Of a DNA stretch of 64,000 bases, positions 32,952-41,551 are shown in pieces. Origin of the DNA: Endomicrobiales bacterium (GTDB lineage: Bacteria > Elusimicrobiota > Endomicrobiia > Endomicrobiales > CAWCFT01); assembly GCA_963794945.1 (NCBI GenBank), contig CAWCFT010000017.1:55303-119302 (forward strand), read 5' to 3'. Under the pieces are notes generated by a model. The model ran no database searches. It was not told the DNA's origin and worked only from the letters and a program-made list of their open reading frames with translations. The first letter of the stretch is position 1, and the number at the start of each line of letters is the position of its first letter. Position numbers and translations under genes: made by a program.

Positions 32952-33289
32952 CATAGGGCTTAATGTAAAAAACAAAAAAACCAACCCGTATAAAAGGATG
33001 GTCGAATAGTAAAAATATTAAACAATATTAAGGCGTCAAATAATCAGCGCTATATAGAAGTTCTGCACAATATATAATATTTGTCAACCCTGTCCACTAA
33101 CAACTATTTAAAACATTCGAATTTTCTACTATCTCTGCCCGAATGTTACTAAGCAATATATTGATATTTTAGCTTGTTTATGGTAAGTAAAACGCCTACT
33201 CTTTTCGTATATTTCACTTGCTTCGGGTATGACATAAATAAGCGTCATTAGGATATTAGCTTGGGGTTTAATGACAGGTTGTAGATATT

Positions 33290-33325
33290 AAAATAAAAAA
33301 ACAACAGATTTGAACCTGTTGTTTT
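33290..33325 (-). terminator. Probable intrinsic terminator after the AbiE operon
   Basis: AAAACAACAG-N8-CTGTTGTTTT hairpin followed by a T-tract on the minus strand. Confidence 0.55.
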
Positions 33326-33470
33326 CGTCTAACACACTCTTTTTCGTCTACTTCTGCCAGGTTATAAAGCGTTTGGTTTTCTGCCAACGCAAGTTGCCGT
33401 GTAATGGAAGATTCACAGCATGGGTTTAGTTTAAAAGTTAATATTTATCGTTACTATTTACTATTATTTT

Positions 33471-33974
33471 TCATTTTCGCCGATTCTCGTAAGCTTTGAT
33501 GTCTTTATGGCGTCTTTGTGGCTTCTTTACTGCGTTTAGTGCGGGTTTTACTACGCCTTTAGCTCGTTTAGCAGATTTATGCAGGGTTTTATTTCCCAGC
33601 ATCTCAAGCATCAGTTTGCGCCGTTCTCGTAATGGAACATCAAATACACTTCTACCCAAATGGGAGAAAGCGTCGCCAATATGGCCATGGCTTCCACCAA
33701 GATTATAGATATCGCACCATACCCCGCCTTCGCAATGAGGCAAGGTACACTCCTTAAAAATGGCGCAATTTCTGTTTTCATAACGTCTTGCCGCATCTAA
33801 TAGCGCAGGTGTTGCACCGATGGGAACATTCGCCTTTTTAGCGGCATCGCGCATTGCGTTAGCAATATCATGGTTGTAATCATCACAAGACAAAACGATA
33901 CTTGCCTCTTCAAGCATTTCAGCTTTTGTGAATAGCTTCGCGATGAGATTTTTATGTTTCTTTGTATATTCCAT
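33471..33974 (-). CDS. Hypothetical protein with a Cys/His cluster, downstream of AbiEii
   Basis: 167-aa ORF starting 18 nt after the AbiEii stop; C-x5-C-x4-C-x5-C...HGH and a basic C-terminus. Confidence 0.6.
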   Translation of the reverse strand: MEYTKKHKNLIAKLFTKAEMLEEASIVLSCDDYNHDIANAMRDAAKKANVPIGATPALLDAARRYENRNCAIFKECTLPHCEGGVWCDIYNLGGSHGHIGDAFSHLGRSVFDVPLRERRKLMLEMLGNKTLHKSAKRAKGVVKPALNAVKKPQRRHKDIKAYENRRK

Positions 33975-33992
33975 AAGACCGTCTTATGTAAA

Positions 33993-34892
33993 TTACAATT
34001 GCAAAACACTTCTTAGTTTTTCTATCAGCTCTTTATGTTTTCTTTTCGGTATACGGTTTATATTAAGCAGTTTCCATTGAATACCCGGAAGCTTATCCGC
34101 ACCCTCAACGCTGATTAAATCCCACCGAGGAACACCTTCTTTGATTGATAAGAGAAAATATCTTTCTTTTTCTGTAAGACTTTTCAGTAGAGTCGCCGGC
34201 ATCTTCTTTTGAATGCTGCTCAATTCCTCATAACTCACATCCAATGTCGTCATTCCTTTAAAATCAAGATCATACATTCTTTTGAAATCTTGGATTGACG
34301 GCGAAAGCACTTCATGCATAGGCCTATCATGGCTTGCCAAATAAATAACAAAAGCTTTCCTTACCTGCTCCGTTATGCCTTCATTCTCTAACAAAAGTTT
34401 TATATCAAACATGTCCCTCGGATGCTGGCGGTCTAAAGCGGCGCACAATTTCCCGCCGTAAATATCTGCAAAAGACAGCGTGTTTAGTGAAACGAACAAC
34501 TCAAACATATCCTGAGCGGGTTTACAAAGATTCTTCTCTTCAACAGGAAAAACAGCGCCTCGAAGAACGGTATTAGGCTCAATTTTTATTTGAACATCAT
34601 TGAATCTTACTAATAGCTTATAATCATTATCCTGCTGAAATCGCAAGCCTGGTATAGCCTTTCTTGCCGCCCTGGCTATCCTTTTAAGCGCATCACTGAT
34701 GTTTTTAAGCGATTGCTCCCTTGATTCGATGGGAATATAAGAAAGGTCAATATCAACCGACAAACGGGGCATGTCGCGAAAAAAGAAATTTATAGCGGTG
34801 CCGCCTTTGAGCGCAAAACATTTTTCCTGCGCTGTAAATGGCAGCATACGAAGCATTAATTCTGCTTGATTATAAAACGGGCTATTTTTCAT
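33993..34892 (-). CDS. Type IV TA toxin, AbiEii/AbiGii nucleotidyltransferase
   Basis: FALKGGTAIN...PRLSVDIDL, GGKLCAALDRQHPRDMFD. Confidence 0.92.
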   Translation of the reverse strand: MKNSPFYNQAELMLRMLPFTAQEKCFALKGGTAINFFFRDMPRLSVDIDLSYIPIESREQSLKNISDALKRIARAARKAIPGLRFQQDNDYKLLVRFNDVQIKIEPNTVLRGAVFPVEEKNLCKPAQDMFELFVSLNTLSFADIYGGKLCAALDRQHPRDMFDIKLLLENEGITEQVRKAFVIYLASHDRPMHEVLSPSIQDFKRMYDLDFKGMTTLDVSYEELSSIQKKMPATLLKSLTEKERYFLLSIKEGVPRWDLISVEGADKLPGIQWKLLNINRIPKRKHKELIEKLRSVLQL

Positions 34893-35667
34893 CTTTTAGA
34901 GACATGGGAACGGTTATATTATACTTAGAATCCAGGTAACCACCCTTAGCTATAACGCGCTTTCCCCGGCCCATATTGACTTTTGGCAGGTCAAGGGCTT
35001 TAACCCAGGAATGTTTGCAATTCTCGGCAAGAAACATAAAAAGACGTTTCGCTTTTACTGATTTGCACCCTTCAAGAAGCTTTTGAACTACATTGGGGCG
35101 CAGGGTTGCAAGCCCTGTCATTATTTGTTTTGCTTCCTCAAATGATGCATCCTGGGGAACCAGGTAAAGGTATTCGAACATGGCTCTTTCGGGAGAAGCT
35201 ATAACTATTTCTTGCCCGTTGACTTCTTTTGAGGTCAAACCTTCGCTTACGGAATCTGCGAATAGATTTGTCATGCAAAAAGATATTTTAACGCCCCAAT
35301 TATTATTCTTGAACCACGCGGGCAGCTTTTCATCTGAATTTCCAAATAACCAAACAGGCGAATCGTCTTTAAACCGTATATAATGCGCGTATCCAAGATG
35401 TTCAAGCGCAGATTTGCCGCCGACGTGTACAGATAAGCTCATATACTTTTGCAAAGTATATAATCCCCCGGTCCATTGAACCTTGTCGCCGGACGCTCTT
35501 ACAAACGCCCCTCTTCCTATACTTTTTATCCAGCCATTGTGTTGATAGGCAGATACTAATTGACGGGTTATTTTGAGTTTATTGAGGAATAAAGGATAAA
35601 CAGCAACAGTCCCTTTTGGCCACAAGAGAAGCAATTGGTTTAATTTACTATTATTATGTCCATTCAT
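34882..35667 (-). CDS. Type IV TA antitoxin, AbiEi family
   Basis: N-terminal wHTH (SKLNQLL...GWIKSIGRGAF), HVGGKSALE, SPERAMFE, CKSVKAKRLF; overlaps the toxin start. Confidence 0.88.
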   Translation of the reverse strand: MNGHNNSKLNQLLLLWPKGTVAVYPLFLNKLKITRQLVSAYQHNGWIKSIGRGAFVRASGDKVQWTGGLYTLQKYMSLSVHVGGKSALEHLGYAHYIRFKDDSPVWLFGNSDEKLPAWFKNNNWGVKISFCMTNLFADSVSEGLTSKEVNGQEIVIASPERAMFEYLYLVPQDASFEEAKQIMTGLATLRPNVVQKLLEGCKSVKAKRLFMFLAENCKHSWVKALDLPKVNMGRGKRVIAKGGYLDSKYNITVPMSLKDEK

Positions 35668-35674
35668 ACTATAC

Positions 35675-35703
35675 ATACTAATATATATTTAAACTCTTGT
35701 CAA
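35675..35703 (-). promoter_or_regulatory. AbiE promoter TTGACA-N17-TAGTAT, probably leaderless
   Basis: -35 at 35698-35703, -10 at 35675-35680; ATG (35667) lies 7 nt downstream with no SD. Confidence 0.65.
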
Positions 35704-35807
35704 GATATGGTTTATATTTTATATACATTGTATAATATAGCTTTACCTATTAGTATATTTATAAACCTTATGGTCTATTTAACCCGAAGGCTTTGGAGCT
35801 TTCAAGA

Positions 35808-35837
35808 TGTCGCAAAAAGTATATACTATTTGCGACA
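35808..35837. repeat. 30-bp near-perfect palindrome TGTCGCAAAAAGTATATACTATTTGCGACA
   Basis: Directly visible; one mismatched pair. Confidence 0.8.
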
Positions 35838-35920
35838 CCTTATCATGTCTTTTTTAGTATGCAGATCCACAAACTGTCCGGCATGTTTAGAATATTTAAC
35901 ATCGAACACAATACAAAAAT

Positions 35921-35953
35921 GTTTGTCCATAGTTTGTCTATAAATTGTCTAGG
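35921..35953. mobile_element. Three tandem 11-bp repeats (GTTTGTCCATA/GTTTGTCTATA/AATTGTCTAGG), putative integrase arm-type sites of an att junction
   Basis: Located ~155 bp inside the break point of the truncated tRNA-Glu. Confidence 0.55.
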
Positions 35954-36106
35954 TGACACCAGAAACACCCGGAAACAGAAAGTAATACACGGAAATTATG
36001 GCTTTGCTGAATTTGCTTGATTATCGTCGGAAAGAAGAGAAAGGTTGAGGGCTTTTTAGTGAATTTTCATTAACAGTTAAAAGACAGGATTTAATATAAA
36101 GGCCAG

Positions 36107-36146
36107 CTTGAGAGGGCGATGTCCTAAACCACTAGACGATGGCGGC
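36107..36146 (-). tRNA. tRNA-Glu(CUC), 5' half only, truncated right after the anticodon loop
   Basis: GCCGCCA TC GTCTAGTGGTTTAGGAC A TCGCC CT-CTC-AA G then unrelated CTGGCCTTTAT; the expected GGCGA, T-arm and TGGCGGC 3' strand are missing. Confidence 0.85.
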
Positions 36147-36413
36147 AGCTTTGTTACTTATATTATTTAGATAGCCTATTACTCTATTGCGTAAATAATT
36201 TCTTCCGAAACCGGTTTTTAGTTGTATTTCTCTTTTTCGAGCATCTTGCTCATCTCTGCAAGCCTCATAATACACTAATTCAATGTCTTTAAATCTTTTT
36301 GTCGTATGATTACCTTTTTCGTAATGTTTTTTAATCCTTGACTTTAAATCGCTCGTAAAACCTATGTAAAACTTATTATCTAATTTACTATAGAGTGCAT
36401 ATACATAATACAC
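36132..36413 (-). CDS. Stand-alone GIY-YIG nuclease (UPF0213/YhbQ-like)
   Basis: YYVYAL...FYIGFTSDLKSRIKKH...LVYYEA...ARKREIQLK; GTG start; the TAG stop lies inside the tRNA sequence. Confidence 0.9.
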   Translation of the reverse strand: MYYVYALYSKLDNKFYIGFTSDLKSRIKKHYEKGNHTTKRFKDIELVYYEACRDEQDARKREIQLKTGFGRNYLRNRVIGYLNNISNKAAAIV

Positions 36414-36497
36414 TGTTAACCCCTACCCGCCGAAAGCTTTGCATTCTGGCGGGCCCGCCTGACTACGAAGTTGTCGGCGGGGACGATGGCGGCAGCT
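36135..36497 (-). mobile_element. GIY-YIG cassette bounded by a 16-bp direct repeat of the tRNA 5' end, with two 28-bp CCCGCC-N16-GGCGGG palindromes
   Basis: GACGATGGCGGCAGCT at 36135-36150 and 36482-36497; hairpins at 36426-36453 and 36454-36481. Confidence 0.7.
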
Positions 36498-36515
36498 AAT
36501 ATCAAACGTTCATGA

Positions 36516-36544
36516 ATTATATCAAAAATATCTTTTAGGAGCAA
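36516..36544 (-). promoter_or_regulatory. Promoter TTGCTC-N17-TATAAT (with extended TG) for the GIY-YIG/tRNA unit
   Basis: -35 at 36539-36544, -10 at 36516-36521, ~20 nt before the first tRNA 5'-end copy. Confidence 0.65.
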
Positions 36545-36553
36545 TGGACGGAT

Positions 36554-37012
36554 CTATCTTCCATACTTGCCCGTCAGCTTGCCTTCGCCAAGAACGTGCC
36601 CTTTCATAGCTTTGAGAACCTGCTTTTCAGATGCTCCCGCTGGCAGGCCTAACAGGGCGTTCAGCGCGAATATTTTGAAAACATACTTGTGCACACCGCC
36701 GGGAGGGCACGGACCTCCGTAACCGAGGCTGTCAAAATCTGTTACACCTTGCTTTGCTCCGTTGCTAAGAACACCGTCCGGAGGAACATTTTCGGGCAGC
36801 TCGCGAGTTGAGGCTGGTATATCGTACAGCAGCCAGTGCACAAAGTTGCCGCCCGGTGCGTCCGGGTCGTTGCATATTATAGTAATGCTTTTGGTGCCAG
36901 CTGGCTGTTCGCCCCAGGATAGGTGCGGCGATACGCCGCTGCCGTCGCAGGTGAATCTTTCAGGTATCATGCCGCCTTCGCTGAAGGCGGAACTAAAGAT
37001 TTTTATTGACAT
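36554..37012 (-). CDS. YbhB/YbcL family (PEBP, Raf kinase inhibitor-like) protein
   Basis: TCDG..VSPHLSW, DPDAPGGNFVHW, GYGGPCPPGGVHKY. Confidence 0.92.
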   Translation of the reverse strand: MSIKIFSSAFSEGGMIPERFTCDGSGVSPHLSWGEQPAGTKSITIICNDPDAPGGNFVHWLLYDIPASTRELPENVPPDGVLSNGAKQGVTDFDSLGYGGPCPPGGVHKYVFKIFALNALLGLPAGASEKQVLKAMKGHVLGEGKLTGKYGR

Positions 37013-37071
37013 AAAATACCTCCCCCGAAATTGTATGTCTTAATACAATTATATCTTTTTGCGCCATGAAA

Positions 37072-37109
37072 GCAAAATAACAAGCGGTTGTAATACAACC
37101 GCTTGTTAT
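37072..37109 (-). terminator. Probable intrinsic terminator of the RND operon
   Basis: Long perfect hairpin ATAACAAGCGGTTGT...ACAACCGCTTGTTAT followed by T-rich sequence on the minus strand. Confidence 0.6.
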
Positions 37110-37150
37110 CCCAAACAATATTAGATCAGCGTTAAATATACAAAACGCTG

Positions 37151-40100
37151 TTAATTCTGATTTAAATGGCTTACCCCGCGGACTTTGTGAACCCAGGCAA
37201 AAATCACAGGAAGCACGAGCAGAGTGAGAAGCGTTGTGGAAACCATCCCTCCTACTATAACAAGCGCCAGCGGCCTCTGGGCCTGCGAGCCGACCGCATG
37301 TGACAGCGCCGCGGGCAAGAGCCCAAGACCCGCCAGCAAAGCTATCATCACCACCGGCCTTAAACGAAGTGATGAGCCTTCCAATACAGCGGTTGCAAGA
37401 TCATGCCCATGGTGCACACTTAGTTTTTTTACGTAAGATATTAGTATTATACCGTTCTGTATCGCGATACCGAACAGTGACAGGAAACCTATACCGGCCG
37501 AGATACTTAGGTTTTCCCCCGTCAGATACAACGCAGCAATACCGCCGATAGCCGCGAAAGGCACGTTAAGTATTACGATAGAAGATTCGAGAGCGTTGCC
37601 GAACGTGAAGAACAAGAGCAAAAATATGGCGAACAGTGTCAGCGGGATGATTATCGCTAGCTTTAACTGCGCGGTTTTCATCTGGTTAAACTCGCCGTCC
37701 CATTTAATAGTGTAACCCCGAGGGAGTTCTATCTCTTTTTTTACCATCTTTTGGGCTTCCGCGGTGGCGCTGCCGAGGTCCCTGTCCCTGACACCGAATT
37801 TTATGGCGATATAGCGTTTACCAGCCTCACGATATATGAAGAACGGCCCATCCGTCAGCTCAACACCCGCGAGCATGCTGAGGGGTATCCTCTGTCCATC
37901 GGGCGTATCCACCAGCAGGTATTTTACTTTTTCTATCATGTCGCGGTTTGTTTCCGGAAAGCGCACGGCAAGGTCAAATCTGCGCTCACCCTCAAGAATA
38001 GAGCTCACAGCGTTTCCGCCTATGGCATTCTGGACCAGGTTCTCTACATCCGAAACATTTACCCCGAACCGAGCGCAGAGCGAACGGTTAACATTAATAT
38101 TCAAAGTGGGCTGGCCGAGCTCCTGATATATGCCGACATCTTCTATCCCGCGGATCTTCTTAAGAAGCCCTTGTATCTTCATGGCTTTTTTACTAAGCTC
38201 GTCAAGGTTTGGCCCGAAAAGCTTGACGGAATTTTCGCCCTTAACCCCGGATATCGCCTCAGCCACGTTGTCCTGAATATACTGCGAAAATTCATATTCA
38301 ATTCCCGGTATGCTCTCAAGATAAGACTGCAGTTTTTTCTCTAAGTTCGCTTTTGTTGCCCCGCGCGGCCATTTTCCCGGGCGTTTGAGGTATACACCGA
38401 ACTCAAGGTTAAAAACACCCGTAGAATCGGTTCCGTCATCGGGCCGGCCTATCTGAACGACTACGGTCTCTATCTCCGGCTGACTAAGGAAATAGCTCCT
38501 TATCTCACCCGCCACTTTGGAAGAATAATCCAGGTCAACAGTGTTAGGGAGGGTTACCCTTATCCACATATTGTTCTCTTCCAGCGTAGGCAGGAAATCC
38601 GTGCCGAGGTTATAGGCGCCGAATAACGCTACCGCGAGCGTTAAAAGCGCGACCGTTATGACCGCAACCGGTTTTTGAATGAGTTTTTTAAGTAGCGGCC
38701 GGTAGTACCCGAGTATCCATCCCACGAACACCGGGGTGTGCGGCGCGACACCAGTGTTGAAAAGATAAGAGGCGCTCACCGGCATGAACGTGACGCTTAA
38801 AACAATTGATGCCAGCAGGCCCAGCCCCATTGTAAATGCCATGGGCTGGAATATCTTGCCTTCTATACCTCCCATGAAAAACAACGGTGAGTATGACGTT
38901 ATTATTATCAGGGTCGAGAAAACCATGGCCCGCTGAACTTCCGCGGATGCATCGGTTACCGTTTGATAGAGGTTCTCGGTTCCTGCTTCTAGCTGGCGCA
39001 TTATGTTTTCGATCACTATGACCGCCGCTTCAACTATAAGCCCGAAATCTATCGCGCCAAGCGATATGAGGTTTGCCGGAACGTTGAAAAAATACATCCC
39101 CGTGAAGGCAACACACAAAGAGAGCGGGATAACCATAGCCGTCGCGACCGACGCGCGGACATTGCCAAGGAACATGTACAGCACTATAAGCACCAGAACT
39201 ATACCCATCAAAAGTGTGTGTTTTACCGTACCCAATGTCATGTCCAGCAGGTTTTGCCGGTCATAGAAAGACTGTATCTTAATGCCTTTGGGCAATATAC
39301 CGCTTGTGTTGAGTTCCGTAATCTTCTGGCGGACACGCTCGAGTACTTCGCTGGCGTTGCCTCCCCTGCGCATTACTACTATGCCTTCTACCGCGTCATC
39401 ATCTTTATTGAACTTGACCATTCCAAGCCGGGGCGCGTTGCCGATCTTTACCTCGGCAAGGTCCGCCACTTTTACCGGCACACCCTGGTTTACCGCCACG
39501 ACAACATCGCGTATATCGTCAAGTGATTGAAGAAGCCCTACGCCTCTTACCACGTAGCGCTGTTCGCCCCCAGTTATTACGTCGCCTCCGACATTCGCAT
39601 TCGCGTTCGAAAGCGAGGTTACCAGCTGGCCGAGGGTTATCCCGTAAGACTGCAGCCTTTCCGGGCTCGGCAGGACCTGGTACTGCTTGACCATGCCTCC
39701 GAAACCGTTGATGTCCGCGACGCCGGGAACTGAGATTAGATTTCTGTATATATCCCAGTCCAGCCAGCTTTTGAGCGTGAGAAGATCGTAATTATCGCTT
39801 TCCAGCCGGAACCGCAGGATCTCGCCAAGCGCGTCCGCATCCGGGCTTAATGCCGGCTGGACACCCGCGGGAACCGTGGCGCTGTTGAGATACATCTGAA
39901 CATTGGTTCTGGCGCGGAAAGAATCAGTGCCTTCTTTGAACTGAAGCGTTACGCTGGAGAGCCCAAAAAGTGAAACGGAACGAAGAGATTGTATGTCTGG
40001 AACTCCGGACAGGGCGGTCTCAATAGGGATAGTCAGTTGGCGTTCTATCTCAAGCGTGCTACGGCCCGGCCACTGGGTTATTACCTGAATATTGAGCGGC

Positions 40101-40234
40101 GCGATATTTGGATACGCGTCCACAGGAAGTTTATGAAAAAAATACGCGCCAAATACCGCCAGCATCAGGCACATAATTATTACAAAAATGCGGTAACGGA
40201 GAACAAGCCTTACAACTTTCGCGCTGCGGGACAT
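37151..40234 (-). CDS. CzcA/CusA-family heavy-metal efflux RND permease
   Basis: LPVDAYPNI, SVSLFGLS, ANLISLGAIDFGLIV, EGKIFQPMA, GSSLRLRPV, QRPLALVIVGG. Confidence 0.92.
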   Translation of the reverse strand: MSRSAKVVRLVLRYRIFVIIMCLMLAVFGAYFFHKLPVDAYPNIAPLNIQVITQWPGRSTLEIERQLTIPIETALSGVPDIQSLRSVSLFGLSSVTLQFKEGTDSFRARTNVQMYLNSATVPAGVQPALSPDADALGEILRFRLESDNYDLLTLKSWLDWDIYRNLISVPGVADINGFGGMVKQYQVLPSPERLQSYGITLGQLVTSLSNANANVGGDVITGGEQRYVVRGVGLLQSLDDIRDVVVAVNQGVPVKVADLAEVKIGNAPRLGMVKFNKDDDAVEGIVVMRRGGNASEVLERVRQKITELNTSGILPKGIKIQSFYDRQNLLDMTLGTVKHTLLMGIVLVLIVLYMFLGNVRASVATAMVIPLSLCVAFTGMYFFNVPANLISLGAIDFGLIVEAAVIVIENIMRQLEAGTENLYQTVTDASAEVQRAMVFSTLIIITSYSPLFFMGGIEGKIFQPMAFTMGLGLLASIVLSVTFMPVSASYLFNTGVAPHTPVFVGWILGYYRPLLKKLIQKPVAVITVALLTLAVALFGAYNLGTDFLPTLEENNMWIRVTLPNTVDLDYSSKVAGEIRSYFLSQPEIETVVVQIGRPDDGTDSTGVFNLEFGVYLKRPGKWPRGATKANLEKKLQSYLESIPGIEYEFSQYIQDNVAEAISGVKGENSVKLFGPNLDELSKKAMKIQGLLKKIRGIEDVGIYQELGQPTLNINVNRSLCARFGVNVSDVENLVQNAIGGNAVSSILEGERRFDLAVRFPETNRDMIEKVKYLLVDTPDGQRIPLSMLAGVELTDGPFFIYREAGKRYIAIKFGVRDRDLGSATAEAQKMVKKEIELPRGYTIKWDGEFNQMKTAQLKLAIIIPLTLFAIFLLLFFTFGNALESSIVILNVPFAAIGGIAALYLTGENLSISAGIGFLSLFGIAIQNGIILISYVKKLSVHHGHDLATAVLEGSSLRLRPVVMIALLAGLGLLPAALSHAVGSQAQRPLALVIVGGMVSTTLLTLLVLPVIFAWVHKVRGVSHLNQN

Positions 40235-40242
40235 ATATTAAC

Positions 40243-40362
40243 CTCAAATACTAAATCCTAAGAAAACTACAATAAACAATCTAAATAGATATTTTCTGAT
40301 TTATTGCTGATTTTTACCTTTTTGATTATTGTGTCGGATTTAGAAATTCGTGCTTCGAAATT
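40243..40362. repeat. Degenerate heptamer-type inverted repeat tract between the RND and MFP genes
   Basis: AAATACT AAATCCT AA... at the left and ...GGATTT AGAAATT CGTGCTT CGAAATT at the right. Confidence 0.4.
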
Positions 40363-40369
40363 GTCTTTA

Positions 40370-41551
40370 CTATTCTTCTATCATATTATTTATAAGCACA
40401 GCGCCCTTTGTGACCACATCCTCGTTCCCTTTCAAACCAGTAAGCACAGCTACGCGCCCGTCTCTAAGGTTCATAGAGGTGACCGGCATCCTGCGGTAGA
40501 CACCTTCTGTTTCCTTTACAATGACATAGCCTGCGTCTTTTATCTGGATAAGCGCGGCCTTTGGCACTATAACGGCTTTCCTTTCGGCAACTCTCAAATA
40601 GGCATTAACGAATATCTCGGGCCGTAGTTCGCCGGAGGGATTTGGCACGTCGCATCTTATGGAAAGAATGTGGGAAACCGGGTCGATGGAAGGTGCGATC
40701 AGGCCGACTCGTCCCGTATATTTTTTCCCGGGAAGCGCAGAAGCCTGCAGTTCCAGTTCTTGACCGATAGATACCTTGGAATAATCCTGCTCATAAATAT
40801 TGCCGTAAAACCAGAGATCGCTGGTATCGGCCACGCTCATGAAATTATCGCCTATATTAAGGTACGCCCCCTGGTCCATGTTCCGTTTAACTACCATCCC
40901 CGAAAGGGGAGATCGGATGATAAAATGGGTTTCCGCTACTCCTTTTTTGGTCAGTTTTTCTATATCCTCATCATCGGCGCCCAAGACCCTCAGTTTGTTT
41001 ATGGCCGACTGCTCGGTGGCCTTGGCGTCGTTCACAAGTTCGGTGTTCTTCGTTTCTGAAAGCGTCCGCATCGTGTTCATTGAAAGAATGCATTCGTTTT
41101 CCGCAGCTATATAATCTGGCGAATAAAGTTCCGCAAGCGGCTGGTTTTTTTCAACTTTTGTCCCTTCAAACACAAGTATCGTGTCCAACCTGCCGCTTAC
41201 CCTGCTCGAAACCAGGTGCAGTTTTTCGGCATCGAAAGCAAGTTTTCCAGTAACAGGTATCTGCTCGGGCACCCAGCCCATGCCGGCACGTTCACACGAA
41301 ACGTAAGCGGGATTGAAACCGTCTTTTGGAGCCCGAACCGTCACGCCGGAAGCCTCATCCGTGCTCTTGACAGTTTTTGAGACAATGTCTTCACTTTCCT
41401 TGTGTGCCGCGCTGTTCAATGAACCCCTGGCAAGAACACCAATAAGTACGCCGGCAACTAGAAAGATCATTATTATCAATTTATGCATTTTCAAATAATT
41501 CACTGTGCTGAGCAGTTTATCCATTGGTTTCTCCTTGCCAAGACCGTTCAC
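40370..41551 (-). CDS. CzcB/CusB-family RND membrane fusion protein
   Basis: N-terminal TM, RVSGRL...VFEGTKV...LYSPD, IRSPLSGMV, LRPEIF. Confidence 0.9.
   Translation of the reverse strand: MNGLGKEKPMDKLLSTVNYLKMHKLIIMIFLVAGVLIGVLARGSLNSAAHKESEDIVSKTVKSTDEASGVTVRAPKDGFNPAYVSCERAGMGWVPEQIPVTGKLAFDAEKLHLVSSRVSGRLDTILVFEGTKVEKNQPLAELYSPDYIAAENECILSMNTMRTLSETKNTELVNDAKATEQSAINKLRVLGADDEDIEKLTKKGVAETHFIIRSPLSGMVVKRNMDQGAYLNIGDNFMSVADTSDLWFYGNIYEQDYSKVSIGQELELQASALPGKKYTGRVGLIAPSIDPVSHILSIRCDVPNPSGELRPEIFVNAYLRVAERKAVIVPKAALIQIKDAGYVIVKETEGVYRRMPVTSMNLRDGRVAVLTGLKGNEDVVTKGAVLINNMIEE

Noticed and set aside
35700..36106. Group I intron interrupting tRNA-Glu
   Set aside because: No recognisable P7/catalytic core sequence and no downstream 3' exon (GGCGA...T-arm...TGGCGGC); an att junction fits better.
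39005..39060. RND TM4 motif DFGLIVE instead of DFGxxVD
   Set aside because: It is a conservative Asp-to-Glu change; no functional claim can be supported from sequence alone.
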